Source: an uncultured archaeon
Lineage (GTDB): Archaea > Asgardarchaeota > Lokiarchaeia > Sigyniarchaeales > SOKP01
Assembly (NCBI GenBank): GCA_964388035.1
Contig: CAYLZE010000106.1
Coordinates: forward strand, 1-18,141
Direction: 5' to 3'
DNA length: 18,141 nt
Of this stretch, positions 1 through 9,917 are shown in pieces. Positions within the stretch are counted from its first letter, which is position 1, and every line of letters begins with the position of its first letter. The notes beneath the pieces are model-generated. The model was not told the origin of the DNA. It made no database searches and saw nothing but the letters and a program-made list of their open reading frames with translations. The translations under genes were made by a program, and so were the position numbers.

Positions 1-2
1 AC

Positions 3-815
3 ATCGCATTAACTGGTGGTGAACCGACAATGCGGGACGATCTATTGGAAATCATTCAGTACGGTCAAGACGTGGGTTTCGTCATGGGAATTATAACGAA
101 TGGACGCAAGTTTTCTGATGAGAAGTTGGTGAAACAAGCCATTAAAGAGGGATTAGATTATGCGCAAATAACGTTGGAATCACACGATAAGAAGATTCAT
201 GATCAAATGGTAGGAGTTGAAGGAGCTTTCGAGGAAACCGTTCAAGCCATTAAAAACTTCGAGAAAGAAGATATCTTTTTCATGACGAATACTACGCTAT
301 GCAAGCATAATATTGATTCTATTGAGGAGACCATAACATTTCTGAGAGATCTTAATGTAAAGACCTTTGCGTGTAATGGATTGATTTATTCGGGAAAAGG
401 AAAGGAATTTGAAGAGGGGATTGCCGAAGAAGACTTAAGTCCAATCCTAACTAAAATTAATGCCTTGGCCGTACAACATGACATGAAATTTATTTGGTAT
501 ACGCCCACACAATATTGCGTATTAAATCCCCTGGAATTAGGATTAGGACCAAAAAGATGTTCCGCCGCAAATATAAGCATTTCAATAGAGCCAAATGGAG
601 ACGTGCTTCCCTGTCAATCATATTATGAACCCGTGGGGAATCTCTTAAAAGATGAGTGGGAGGATATATGGTATTCAGATTTATTTGAAAAAATTAGAAA
701 CAACGAGTATATTGAACCAAAATGCAAGGATTGCGAACTGCTGCAGGCATGTGGAGGCGGATGTCCTCTATACATTGATAAAAAGAAATTGAAATGTAAT
801 ATTGCGAATTTTTGA
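3..815 (+). CDS. Radical SAM protein with C-terminal SPASM domain, 5'-truncated by the window edge
   Basis: The frame is open from base 3 (IALTGGEPTMR), giving the GGEP SAM-binding motif, so ATG 30 is internal. Also ITNG and a SPASM Cys pattern: CSAANISISIEPNGDVLPC (Cx12Gx4C), CKDCELLQACGGGC (Cx2Cx5Cx3C) and a further Cys near the end. The CxxxCxxC motif would lie upstream of the window. Confidence 0.92.
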   Translation: MALTGGEPTMRDDLLEIIQYGQDVGFVMGIITNGRKFSDEKLVKQAIKEGLDYAQITLESHDKKIHDQMVGVEGAFEETVQAIKNFEKEDIFFMTNTTLCKHNIDSIEETITFLRDLNVKTFACNGLIYSGKGKEFEEGIAEEDLSPILTKINALAVQHDMKFIWYTPTQYCVLNPLELGLGPKRCSAANISISIEPNGDVLPCQSYYEPVGNLLKDEWEDIWYSDLFEKIRNNEYIEPKCKDCELLQACGGGCPLYIDKKKLKCNIANF

Positions 816-919
816 TAAAAATCTATATTTTAATTAATTAATTGAAAATGCATTCCATTACATTAAGTAATGCTAATTGTAAATTATCTCATGCTAATAC
901 TATCTTGAGGAAATATGCA

Positions 920-1648
920 TTGAATTGGGAAGATAGGTTTAGAATTCAGCTTCATTGGACGACCGAGTTGAGAAACTATTTGTTTGATAAAATCTCTCTG
1001 TCAACTCGTCATGGAGTTTTACTTGAAATTGGATGCGGTTCCGGAGAGCTTATAAAAGAAATTGGATTGAACTATAATGTAAAACTTCATGGTATTGATA
1101 TTGATGAAGAACGGGTGGAACTTACCAAAAATAATCTTAATGCTCATGGAGTAGTAGCAGACATTAAACAAATGGATATTCTGAATAACAACTTTCTGGA
1201 TGAGCAATTTGAAATCATTATAACTAATTATTTATTCCTATGGATAAAAGATCTTAACACGTGTTTCACGGAAATCCATCGAATACTAAAAAAGGGAGGG
1301 ATTTTACTAATTCTCGGAGAACCCGATTATGGGGGATTAATAGAAAATCCTAATACGGGACTTCGAGAAAACATCATTTTAAACCTGGAGTCCTTAGGAG
1401 CTGATGGGAAAATCGCCAGAAAACTAAATCAATTTTTTAATAATAGATTTAAAGTTATTGAAAGCTTTTGTACAAGTATTCCCTGGACTTCCGATTTAAA
1501 TAAGAAGGGCTTGTTGAAAGAAGTAAATTTCTTCCGTGAAGTATTGAGCGAACAAGAGCATGATTGGAGGAAAATGAAGAAAAATATTGAGATGGAGTCT
1601 TATTTTCTATTTATTCCCATTTTCAGTTTTTATTTAGAGAAAATCTGA
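920..1648 (+). CDS. Class I SAM-dependent methyltransferase
   Basis: Motif I LLEIGCGSG, acidic GIDID, and post-II EIHRILKKGG. The ORF is open from 842, but TTG at 920 (MNWEDRF), preceded by GAGG at 907-910, is the more plausible start. Confidence 0.88.
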   Translation: MNWEDRFRIQLHWTTELRNYLFDKISLSTRHGVLLEIGCGSGELIKEIGLNYNVKLHGIDIDEERVELTKNNLNAHGVVADIKQMDILNNNFLDEQFEIIITNYLFLWIKDLNTCFTEIHRILKKGGILLILGEPDYGGLIENPNTGLRENIILNLESLGADGKIARKLNQFFNNRFKVIESFCTSIPWTSDLNKKGLLKEVNFFREVLSEQEHDWRKMKKNIEMESYFLFIPIFSFYLEKI

Positions 1649-1836
1649 AATGAAATGACTTAAATGAGAAAAAGAAAATACTAGGTTTTCCTTAACATGA
1701 ATCATGGACATGGTATTTAGGATGAAATTAAAAAAAAATGAAAGCATGGTTTTTATAGTAGTAAATCTTGCTTTTTAACGACCATTCTTCATGATATAGA
1801 AGGTTTATTAATCGATCATTACACAATAAAAATAGC

Positions 1837-2637
1837 ATGCAAAATAAAAAGAGATTTTACGAATATCATAAAAATTTCTCCTTGAGAACTGCAACGGAAT
1901 ATGATATTTCGCCGGGAATAAAGTGCAAGTTTGACCTAATTAAAGAAATGTTGAATATCAATGGTAGAACATGGAATGCTCTGGATCTCGGATGTTCCGG
2001 TAATTCAATCCTTCTCAAATTCAATAATTTTATTCATGAATCTTTTTTTGATATTGCTAACCTTCCCTTAGAACAATATGTCCAAATGAATCATTTAAAG
2101 AACCAACACCTTACTCAGAAGGTATGTTACCATCCTATTTGTGGAGATCTTTCATGTTTACCTTATCGCGATAATATTTTTAATGTTATTTTTGCATTAG
2201 ACGTGCTCGAACATGTAAAAAATGATCAAATAGCAATAAAGGAAATTAACAGGATTTCAAGAAGAGGTGCACTTATAATCATGACCTTCCCTCACAGCAT
2301 GCGATATTATACTGCTCAAGACAAGCTTATAGGACATTATAGAAGATATGAATTAAGTGACGTCCCTTCCCTGCTTAAAGCGGTTCAATTCAAGCTTTTA
2401 AAAATATTTGGCATTTATGGAAGATTCATGAAAGTTGCTACTGTTCAATCTTCAAGTCCCGATAAAGTGGAGAGTAATATCCAGAAATTGAGGAATTGGT
2501 ATTCAGAAAGCACGCTTTTCAGAAAATTCTGGGATGTAATTGTTATTTTTGCATCTAAAATGATGAAATGGGATGCTAAATTCACTCGAATTGAAAAGAT
2601 GAGAAATATTGGGATGATAATGATTAAGAGGTTTTAG
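1837..2637 (+). CDS. Class I SAM-dependent methyltransferase (Methyltransf_11-like)
   Basis: ALDLGCSG motif I, GDLSCLPYRDNIFNVIFALDVLEHV, and GHYRRY. Confidence 0.85.
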   Translation: MQNKKRFYEYHKNFSLRTATEYDISPGIKCKFDLIKEMLNINGRTWNALDLGCSGNSILLKFNNFIHESFFDIANLPLEQYVQMNHLKNQHLTQKVCYHPICGDLSCLPYRDNIFNVIFALDVLEHVKNDQIAIKEINRISRRGALIIMTFPHSMRYYTAQDKLIGHYRRYELSDVPSLLKAVQFKLLKIFGIYGRFMKVATVQSSSPDKVESNIQKLRNWYSESTLFRKFWDVIVIFASKMMKWDAKFTRIEKMRNIGMIMIKRF

Positions 2638-2752
2638 TCTATAAGTAATGTATTTGTGAGATCCTCATTTATGGTAAAGATGATAATAAAAAGAAATACT
2701 AATTCTGAATAAAAAAAAATGTTAAAAATCTAAAAAAATCTATTTTAGAGGA

Positions 2753-3334
2753 TTATTTTTTTCTCCAGACTTTAAAATATACTATAGTTAAGATAATCGC
2801 TGCTGGGATACCAAGAACAATTAAAATCCACATGATCAAGTATAACGCCGAATAAATGAAATAACTATAGGGCAATAGTCCAAATTTTGTATTAAAATTT
2901 CCATCTATGAAGATATATATACAGAAAGCAATGAAAAATAAAATACCCCCAGCATTTCCTCCATGTCTTCGTGCTCCCTTTTTCCTTTCCACTCTTTGCC
3001 TGCTTCTATATTCTTGTTTCTCCTCTAATGGTAACCTATTCCACCACAAATATCCTCCTAAACCTAAAATTAACCCCGCAGGCACCCCTACAAATAATAG
3101 TTGAAAAAGCACGAAAAAGATCAAGAATAGTACCACATCATTTAAACTCCATTCATTAAATGTCCATTCTCCAAATCCCCCGATGGGGTTTGATTCAATG
3201 TACCAAATTAACACTATTACGAAATCAATGATTAGCCCTATTCCCACGATGATTAAAAGGATAAACGCAATGCGATGTTTTTTAATTTGATCTTTCCAAA
3301 AACGACTTTCGCTAACATTATCTTTTTCATTCAT
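2753..3334 (-). CDS. Hypothetical integral membrane protein, about 4 TM helices
   Basis: 193 aa ORF with four long hydrophobic stretches separated by a basic loop (RSRQRVERKKGARR). SD-like GAGTGTGA upstream. Confidence 0.75.
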   Translation of the reverse strand: MNEKDNVSESRFWKDQIKKHRIAFILLIIVGIGLIIDFVIVLIWYIESNPIGGFGEWTFNEWSLNDVVLFLIFFVLFQLLFVGVPAGLILGLGGYLWWNRLPLEEKQEYRSRQRVERKKGARRHGGNAGGILFFIAFCIYIFIDGNFNTKFGLLPYSYFIYSALYLIMWILIVLGIPAAIILTIVYFKVWRKK

Positions 3335-3485
3335 TAAATTTCACACTCAAAATCAAATTATCTTGATATTATGATGATTAGATCGCTTAAAAATTCATGT
3401 ATTATGAATCTTTAATTCTAAGAAAAATTATTGCACTATTTCTGAAAGTGATAAAGGACAAGTAAAATTCATGTTAAAAGAATAT

Positions 3486-3887
3486 TTAAGAAGGTTGAGT
3501 TTTTTTTAAATTCTCAAATAATTTCTTGTATTCTTCAATGTATTTCTCATTATTCGTTTCATTTATCTTTTCTATCAATTCTATGGACTTAAGTAATGCC
3601 TGCGATCGATTCTTAATATTTTCAAGAAAAAATTTCTTATTAAATTGTGCCTTATGGACATTTAATTGCGATTTCATCTCGTTAATGCATTTCTCCATCT
3701 CATTTTCCACTTCGATGACATTATCGAACACTTCTATTGCTAACATGCGCTTTCGATCTTCCAATTTAATACAATTCTCACAAATTAACTCCTTGTCATC
3801 ATCTCCTTTTTTTCTCATGTATGGATTACCGCATTTAGAGCAAACCACTAACTCAAGGATCATTTTATCGTTATTAGAATCTGTCAT
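3486..3887 (-). CDS. Hypothetical protein: N-terminal CxxC...CxxC zinc-binding motif plus coiled coil
   Basis: CSKCGNPY...LICENC followed by a heptad-like E/K-rich helix. The ORF is open from TTG 3899; ATG 3887 is preferred. Confidence 0.72.
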   Translation of the reverse strand: MTDSNNDKMILELVVCSKCGNPYMRKKGDDDKELICENCIKLEDRKRMLAIEVFDNVIEVENEMEKCINEMKSQLNVHKAQFNKKFFLENIKNRSQALLKSIELIEKINETNNEKYIEEYKKLFENLKKTQPS

Positions 3888-4018
3888 CCCATTTTTCAAT
3901 TTCCGTGTAATTTAATAAAATTAAAAACCCCATTTATTCATAATTTGCGATGTATTAAATATTGTTACCATTACTTCGAATATTATTTTTCATAAACTAA
4001 TTATAATAATTAAGAATT

Positions 4019-4837
4019 ATGATCTTCATGGAAATTTATTGGAATACAATTGTAATTCTTATATTACTAGGAATCCTCATTGGCATTATCGCAACCATCG
4101 CGGGAGTGGGGGGTGGCGTGTTTTACGTCCCTGTTCTATCTTTGATTTATTTTCTCCCTATTGACCAATCTATCGATACTAGTACCTTCGTGATCTTGAT
4201 ATCATCTGCCTCAGGATTCATAACGTACTTGAAGCAAAAAAGAACCGATATAAAATTATCCTTGATTTTTGCGGTGTTTGCAATTATAGGCAGCTTTTTA
4301 AGCACCTTACTATTCTTGTTTATCACCCTTGATAATACGGTGTTGCGATTAATCTTTGCTACAGTTTTGATCCTTACGGGGTTAAATATGCTCCGGAAGG
4401 GACTTCAAACGCGAAAAAGCATAAAGACGAATATAAAAAGTTCAGAAGATGAAACCCCCTTTTCTTTACAAGAACATGATTATAAATCAAATCTTAAAAA
4501 GGGCATTCCATTATTCATGTTAGGAGGATTTGCTGCTAACCTTTTGGGGATTGGAGGGGGAGTGATCTACACACCTGCCCTAAACTTCATATTAGGATTC
4601 CCCATTCATAATTCGACTGCAATCTCTACATCGATGATCTTCTTCACGGCAATTTATAATGTGATCGCGAAAAGCATAACGGGCAGTATTAATTATATAA
4701 TAGGACTCTTTTTAGGAATCGGATCGGTATTAGGGGCTTTTTTAGGAGCAAAAATATCATATCGAATGCCACGGGCAACCTTGCAGTTTTTTGTAGCTCT
4801 TGTATTAATCGGGGTTGCCATCAGAATGTACTTTTAA
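4019..4837 (+). CDS. TSUP family permease (sulfite exporter TauE/SafE-like)
   Basis: Two repeats of the family signature (AGVGGGVFYVP and LGIGGGVIYTP), each followed by an AxxTS-like motif (SIDTST, AISTS); about 8 TM segments. Confidence 0.9.
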   Translation: MIFMEIYWNTIVILILLGILIGIIATIAGVGGGVFYVPVLSLIYFLPIDQSIDTSTFVILISSASGFITYLKQKRTDIKLSLIFAVFAIIGSFLSTLLFLFITLDNTVLRLIFATVLILTGLNMLRKGLQTRKSIKTNIKSSEDETPFSLQEHDYKSNLKKGIPLFMLGGFAANLLGIGGGVIYTPALNFILGFPIHNSTAISTSMIFFTAIYNVIAKSITGSINYIIGLFLGIGSVLGAFLGAKISYRMPRATLQFFVALVLIGVAIRMYF

Positions 4838-5061
4838 TAGAAAGAAGGGGCAGATAAATTATCATTATTTATTAAAATTTTTTATTTGGACATCAATATT
4901 CCTCGCGCTAACAATCTCTTTAATGGGGATTATAAAAATAAATATTATTATAAAATCGAAATAAAAATTCAAAGAAATAGAATGTAAAGCATGTAAGAAT
5001 TTGGACTTCTGATAGTCATCAAATAAAAATAGGATAAGGATTCTTGTTAACTATCCTTCAA

Positions 5062-5928
5062 TTATTGACTTGAAGGGGAAATTTTCTTTTTTCTTCTTTG
5101 AAATTTCTCATATTGTCGCTTTAAATATCTAAACGCCGGAGGACCCATCCCTTCAGGCATGTCAAATAACATGAATTTAGAAGGCATTCCCATGTTATAA
5201 TTAGCAGCACTTTTAAAAAGAAATTTATTTACATAAAATACTCGTTCTGCTGGCATGCCGAGTGCCATCTCGTCTTCCATGGTCATTGCTAACATCCGAT
5301 CTCCCGTTCCAGGTAAAACTACTTGAGTTTTATTTGAAATGTAAGGCACTAAAACCCCTCGGATACAAGACTCTCCATATCCCATGAAGTGCTGATTATT
5401 CACGAGATATTTTGCTTCATAACTTAATGCATGTATGATATGCATGATTTGAGCAGGGCTCCCATAAACTAGGATCACGTCCGGTATCACTTCCGTGGAG
5501 GGCAACGGGCTTATAATGAAGCCTATATTGCCTTTAACCTTTTCCATGGCCTTTTCATTCATCAATTCAGCAAATTGAAGTTGTATTTTCAATTCTGCCT
5601 TAGGATTGGCATGATATTTAGAAAGGACTTGAGATTTAAAAATCTGCTTAACGGACATTTGAGCCCACCCTTGTACGAAAGAACTGGTTATGCAATGATT
5701 GTCTTTGAACATCATAGCTATCGTCCTATTCCATCGACGACTTACCGTGAAAGCTTGACATAAAGAAAGCTTTTGCTTTATTTTGGAAGGTCTCAGAGCA
5801 TTTTGAGGAATTTCGGATTCATCTTTAAAGTATTTTATTGCTAATGGATAGGTTAACAGTCGTAACTTATTGTAGAACTCCTTTCCAACTTCTTGATATT
5901 CCAATAGACTATTACTCTGCTTTGTCAT
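5062..5928 (-). CDS. DUF169 (COG2043) family protein, paralog A
   Basis: LRLLTYPLAIKY, LSLCQAFTVSRR, NHC, PDVILVYGSPAQ, GESC, PGTGDR, EDEMALGMP. Confidence 0.85.
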   Translation of the reverse strand: MTKQSNSLLEYQEVGKEFYNKLRLLTYPLAIKYFKDESEIPQNALRPSKIKQKLSLCQAFTVSRRWNRTIAMMFKDNHCITSSFVQGWAQMSVKQIFKSQVLSKYHANPKAELKIQLQFAELMNEKAMEKVKGNIGFIISPLPSTEVIPDVILVYGSPAQIMHIIHALSYEAKYLVNNQHFMGYGESCIRGVLVPYISNKTQVVLPGTGDRMLAMTMEDEMALGMPAERVFYVNKFLFKSAANYNMGMPSKFMLFDMPEGMGPPAFRYLKRQYEKFQRRKKKISPSSQ

Positions 5929-6014
5929 CTTTATTGAAAATAATTCTCTTATTTTATTATATTATGAATAAAATCATTTTTACTTAAAACTATAAGCAAG
6001 AATTTTAACATTTT

Positions 6015-6851
6015 TCATTTATTTACCCGTTTTCTCAAGTAATCCCATACTCCGGGCTCGGTTAGTTTTCCAAATAGAGTAATAGGTCCTAATGTTGCAT
6101 TTAAATTCGGGATACCGAAGGGGCTCGTTGGTAGCTTGCTCCCTGCTTTAAATAGATTGTTAAGAACGGTGGAAAACGTACTTTCTGGGATTGAAAAGAT
6201 CATCTCATGATCTTGAACCCCTGCTAAAACTCGATCTCCCATTCCGGGAGCAACTACCTGGCACTGATTTGTTTTATAAGTGCGAATAATTCCTTCCTTG
6301 CAAGAACTTTCCATTCCATTAAAATGACTGGTGATGGTATCCCCCTCATAAGTTGCTGCTAAAATTAAATGAGAAAGAATGAGAGGCGTGCAATAAATCA
6401 GGACTAAATGGGGTCTTATAATAGTATAATTCAAGGGAGAGATTATTAACCCCTCAATTTCACCCGGATCTAATCTTTCATCATTCTCACGGGATTTTTT
6501 TTCCGCTTCCTTATTCTTTTTATATCCCGCCTTTTTTTCCCAAGCTATAAACACGTCCTCCGAATTTGAAGTCTGCTCCAAACCAAAGTAATCGATGGAT
6601 ATGGGTTTACAAGCGATATCCTTTCCATTAAGAAAAAAGGAGAATCCAGAGCGCCTACACCACGTGTATACAAGGCAAGCAGGGACTTCTGAACCAAATA
6701 CCAGATGAGGTCTTAAGGCGTTAGAAGGAATTTCTTCTCCATTAGGAACTAACCTAACGGCAACGGGATAAGTTGTGAGTTTTAACTTTTCAATAAATTT
6801 TGTACCTAACTCTTTATACCACTCTAAGGATTCTCCCATACTTATTTTCAC
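6015..6851 (-). CDS. DUF169 (COG2043) family protein, paralog B
   Basis: LKLTTYPVAVR, PACLVYTWCRR, IAC, PHLVLIYCTP, ESSC, PGMGDR, DHEMIFSIP. Start is GTG 6851 or ATG 6839. Confidence 0.83.
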   Translation of the reverse strand: MKISMGESLEWYKELGTKFIEKLKLTTYPVAVRLVPNGEEIPSNALRPHLVFGSEVPACLVYTWCRRSGFSFFLNGKDIACKPISIDYFGLEQTSNSEDVFIAWEKKAGYKKNKEAEKKSRENDERLDPGEIEGLIISPLNYTIIRPHLVLIYCTPLILSHLILAATYEGDTITSHFNGMESSCKEGIIRTYKTNQCQVVAPGMGDRVLAGVQDHEMIFSIPESTFSTVLNNLFKAGSKLPTSPFGIPNLNATLGPITLFGKLTEPGVWDYLRKRVNK

Positions 6852-6917
6852 ATTCCATGATCTTTCGGAAATTTCGATAAAAGATAATTTTTTTTTTACA
6901 AGATATAATAAATAAAA

Positions 6918-8207
6918 TTATTTTTTTTTCAATTCCTTGATCCTTGTTTTTATTTGTTGGGCTCCATTGTTCATGATGTTTGCTGCGATAAAGGAAGGTT
7001 CAACCTTAACTTTTTCAAGAATTATATCGTACTTAAGTTTTAAAGCATCTAGATATAACGTAGGATCTACCATGTCCTCCCCTTTCAGGATAATATCAAG
7101 AACATGAAGGGCAAGTTGAAGCTTTCCTTCTTTAAAGAGGGTTTGGGCTCTTTGAATATATATCTCAGGAGGATTAATAGCCAACAATTCTCTCGCAATT
7201 TCTTCCGATTTTGCTGGAAAGAGATCGGTGGGATTTCCCGTATTATACCATCCATGATAAAGTCTATATGACGCGTGAATGGCAAATTGATAGCAACCAT
7301 ATAAAGGTTGAAGAATTTCATGATTTTTGAACTTCTCGGGGTAAATTTCAAGCATCTCATGGTAGATTTGCTCAAACCATTTCCCTTCATTTAATCTTTT
7401 TACTACCTCGTCATGAACAAAATGCATGGCTTCAGCCGTGATGGATAAAACATCTTGTACTTTTTTCTTTCCTTCAATTAATCTTCCATGCCCAGGCAAT
7501 AAATAATTAGCCTCTTTCTCCATCATTCTTTCCATTGCGATTGCCCAATCTTTCGGGTATCGCTGTACTTTATAGGGGTTACCCACATTAGGAAAAGAAG
7601 AAACCATTAAATCTCCTGCACATATAAGGTCTTTTTCAGGTACCCATAACCAGATCGAATCATCCGTTTCTCCCATATCATGGTAAAGCTCGAAATCAAC
7701 CCCGCCTAGCTGGAAGGAATAAGAAGCATCGTTTCCCTTAAGTATTATGGTGGGGGGTAAAGTATCATGAGGAGATACGGTCTCTTGTTGAGCTTGGCTT
7801 CCAACACTAAGCGATGCAAATTGTTGGGAATTTAGCCATTCATGATATTTATCTAGCATCTTATATTTATTGAATCTCCTGATGCAATTCTCATGAGCAA
7901 TAATTTCTGGCATATCCCATCCTTTTTCATTTATCTCTTGTATAAATGGTGCAAATCCGAAGCAATGGTCGAAATGTCCGTGACTATATATGATGTATTT
8001 TATGGGTTTATCCGTGAGCTCCCGAAACGTTTTAAAATTCCGAGGGGCAAACTGTCTTATAGCAATATCAAATACGACTAACCCTTCATTTGTTTCGATA
8101 ACTCCAATGTTTCCAAAAGAGGGAATCATATGGCACGTGTCATTAGCAAAAGTTGACGGAGGGAACATACCAATGAAGAATTTAAAATCTTGCATCTTAC
8201 TATCCAT
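6918..8207 (-). CDS. Metallo-beta-lactamase-fold hydrolase, alkyl sulfatase (SdsA1/BDS1)-like, with dimerisation domain but no C-terminal SCP2 domain
   Basis: YSHGHFDH (HxHxDH), GETDD, AGDL, LLPGHG, and the dimerisation-domain motif GWYNTGNPTDLFP. 429 aa. Confidence 0.85.
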   Translation of the reverse strand: MDSKMQDFKFFIGMFPPSTFANDTCHMIPSFGNIGVIETNEGLVVFDIAIRQFAPRNFKTFRELTDKPIKYIIYSHGHFDHCFGFAPFIQEINEKGWDMPEIIAHENCIRRFNKYKMLDKYHEWLNSQQFASLSVGSQAQQETVSPHDTLPPTIILKGNDASYSFQLGGVDFELYHDMGETDDSIWLWVPEKDLICAGDLMVSSFPNVGNPYKVQRYPKDWAIAMERMMEKEANYLLPGHGRLIEGKKKVQDVLSITAEAMHFVHDEVVKRLNEGKWFEQIYHEMLEIYPEKFKNHEILQPLYGCYQFAIHASYRLYHGWYNTGNPTDLFPAKSEEIARELLAINPPEIYIQRAQTLFKEGKLQLALHVLDIILKGEDMVDPTLYLDALKLKYDIILEKVKVEPSFIAANIMNNGAQQIKTRIKELKKK

Positions 8208-8263
8208 TTTTTTTTAACCTTTTTTTTATCAAAATTCTCGAATCAAAAACTATATTTCTTCTT

Positions 8264-8287
8264 TTATGATTGTCACTGGTGTATACT
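8264..8287. promoter_or_regulatory. Putative operator, copy 1 (TTATGATTGTCACTGGTGTATACT)
   Basis: 8267-8287 is 19/21 identical to 13446-13466. It lies about 60-80 bp upstream of the hydrolase start, just downstream (minus strand) of a TATA-like TTTAATAA around 8290-8297. Confidence 0.6.
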
Positions 8288-8609
8288 TTTATTAAATTTT
8301 TCCATTACTTTAAAATAAGCTGACATCCTTCTCATTAACTAATGGAAACAATTTATGGGAGATTTGTTGGTAATAGATTAAAATTGAGGATCTCCCTTTT
8401 GATGACTATTACATCTTTTTAAACCTTACATGTAGTGCATATCAGTTGGATTTCAATATCAAATGATAATAAGAAATGTTATTATTAACAACAAGTAATA
8501 GCTAAAAGATAAGTTGAAACTTAATACATCAACACTTAGATTTGATTTTACATGGAATGAAAAATGATAAAAATTTTTGCTTTTCCTTCATTTTAAATTA
8601 TTAGATAGC

Positions 8610-9746
8610 ATGAGTGAGAAAGTCGAAGAGCGCATTAAAGAACTGGAGGAACGCTTGGAAAGCACGATTCCGAATAAACATACCCAAAGAAGCATTAATT
8701 TTATAAAGGCACAATTGGCAAAGCTCCGCGATGAGCAAATTCGGATTGCTAGCTCGAAGAAAGGGGGCGGGCGGGGATTTGGAATCAAAAAAGCGGGCGA
8801 TGCGCAAATTGCATTTATTGGATTTCCTAGCGTGGGCAAATCCTCGCTTTTAAATTTGCTCACGGAGGGTCACACGCATTCAAAAGTAGCTTCTTACGAC
8901 TTTACAACTGTTACAGCGATTCCAGGAATGATGAACATTGAGAGTGCGAAAATTCAATTGATTGATTTACCTGGAATTATCCTTGGTGCGGCGGAAGGCA
9001 AAGGAAGAGGAAAAGAAGTATTAGCAGTGGCGAGGTCGGCGGAATTAATCCTCATTATTTTGTGCTTCCTCCCCGATGGAACCATCAATTTCTCCGATTT
9101 AGACAAAATCCGCAAGGAGCTATTTAATGCGGGAATTCGATTGAACCAAAGACCAGCCCGTATCGTAATCAAATTGCGTGAATCAGGAGGAGTTCACTTT
9201 ACTTCCAAGGGGCATCAAATAATGGATAAAGACGAAGTTAAGACCTTGATGAATGATTTAGGATACCGAAATGCAGGAGTTTATTTCGCAGAACCCGATA
9301 TAAGTCCCGATATACTTATCGACCACATGCTAGGAAATCGTGTATATACCAAGGAACTTGTCGTGATCAACAAGTCGGATCTGATGAAAACTCAAATTAG
9401 GGAAAAAGAAATTACGGATATAATAGGTCATGACCGATGGATTTTAATTTCTGCCAAAAATCAAGAGAACATTAATACACTCCGTTTAAAAATATTCCAA
9501 GAATTGAACTTGATAAAAATTTACCTAAAACCCCCCAAACAAGAAGTTGATATGCGAGAACCTATTATAATGCACGGGGGTGATACAATTGAAGCACTTT
9601 GTAGGCGTCTGCATAAAGACTTTATCGAACAATTTCGTTATGCAATGATTTGGGGAGATACTGCCAAGCATCCAGGACAAAAATTTATGAATCTTGACCA
9701 AGTTTTAACTGATGGCGATATTATTTCAATATATTTAAAGAGATAA
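8610..9746 (+). CDS. drg: DRG/Rbg1-family OBG-like GTPase with TGS domain
   Basis: N-terminal helical hairpin (RIKELEE...NKHT...KAQLAKLR), G1 GFPSVGKS, G2 YDFTT, G3 DLPG with GAAEGKGRG, G4 NKSD, G5 SAK, and a TGS tail (FRYAMIWGDTAKHPGQK). ATG 8610 is preferred over TTG 8577. Confidence 0.95.
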   Translation: MSEKVEERIKELEERLESTIPNKHTQRSINFIKAQLAKLRDEQIRIASSKKGGGRGFGIKKAGDAQIAFIGFPSVGKSSLLNLLTEGHTHSKVASYDFTTVTAIPGMMNIESAKIQLIDLPGIILGAAEGKGRGKEVLAVARSAELILIILCFLPDGTINFSDLDKIRKELFNAGIRLNQRPARIVIKLRESGGVHFTSKGHQIMDKDEVKTLMNDLGYRNAGVYFAEPDISPDILIDHMLGNRVYTKELVVINKSDLMKTQIREKEITDIIGHDRWILISAKNQENINTLRLKIFQELNLIKIYLKPPKQEVDMREPIIMHGGDTIEALCRRLHKDFIEQFRYAMIWGDTAKHPGQKFMNLDQVLTDGDIISIYLKR

Positions 9747-9917
9747 TTCTTGGTTAGATTTTAATCCTTTTCACTTAGTATTGAATTTAACTAATTCTAA
9801 TTTTTGTCCTTTTTTATTCTTCTAATGAAAGGTTAAAAAGTAATACATGAACGTGTTTATTAGAAATTAAAAAAAGAGAAATTAAAAATTAGATGAACCC
9901 TTCATCTGTAAATAAAA

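Noticed and set aside
8357-8396. Inverted repeat GGGAGAT...ATCTCCC in the hydrolase/DRG intergenic region
   Set aside because: Only 7 bp arms (9 with G-U) around a long unpaired loop, single copy; compatible with chance.
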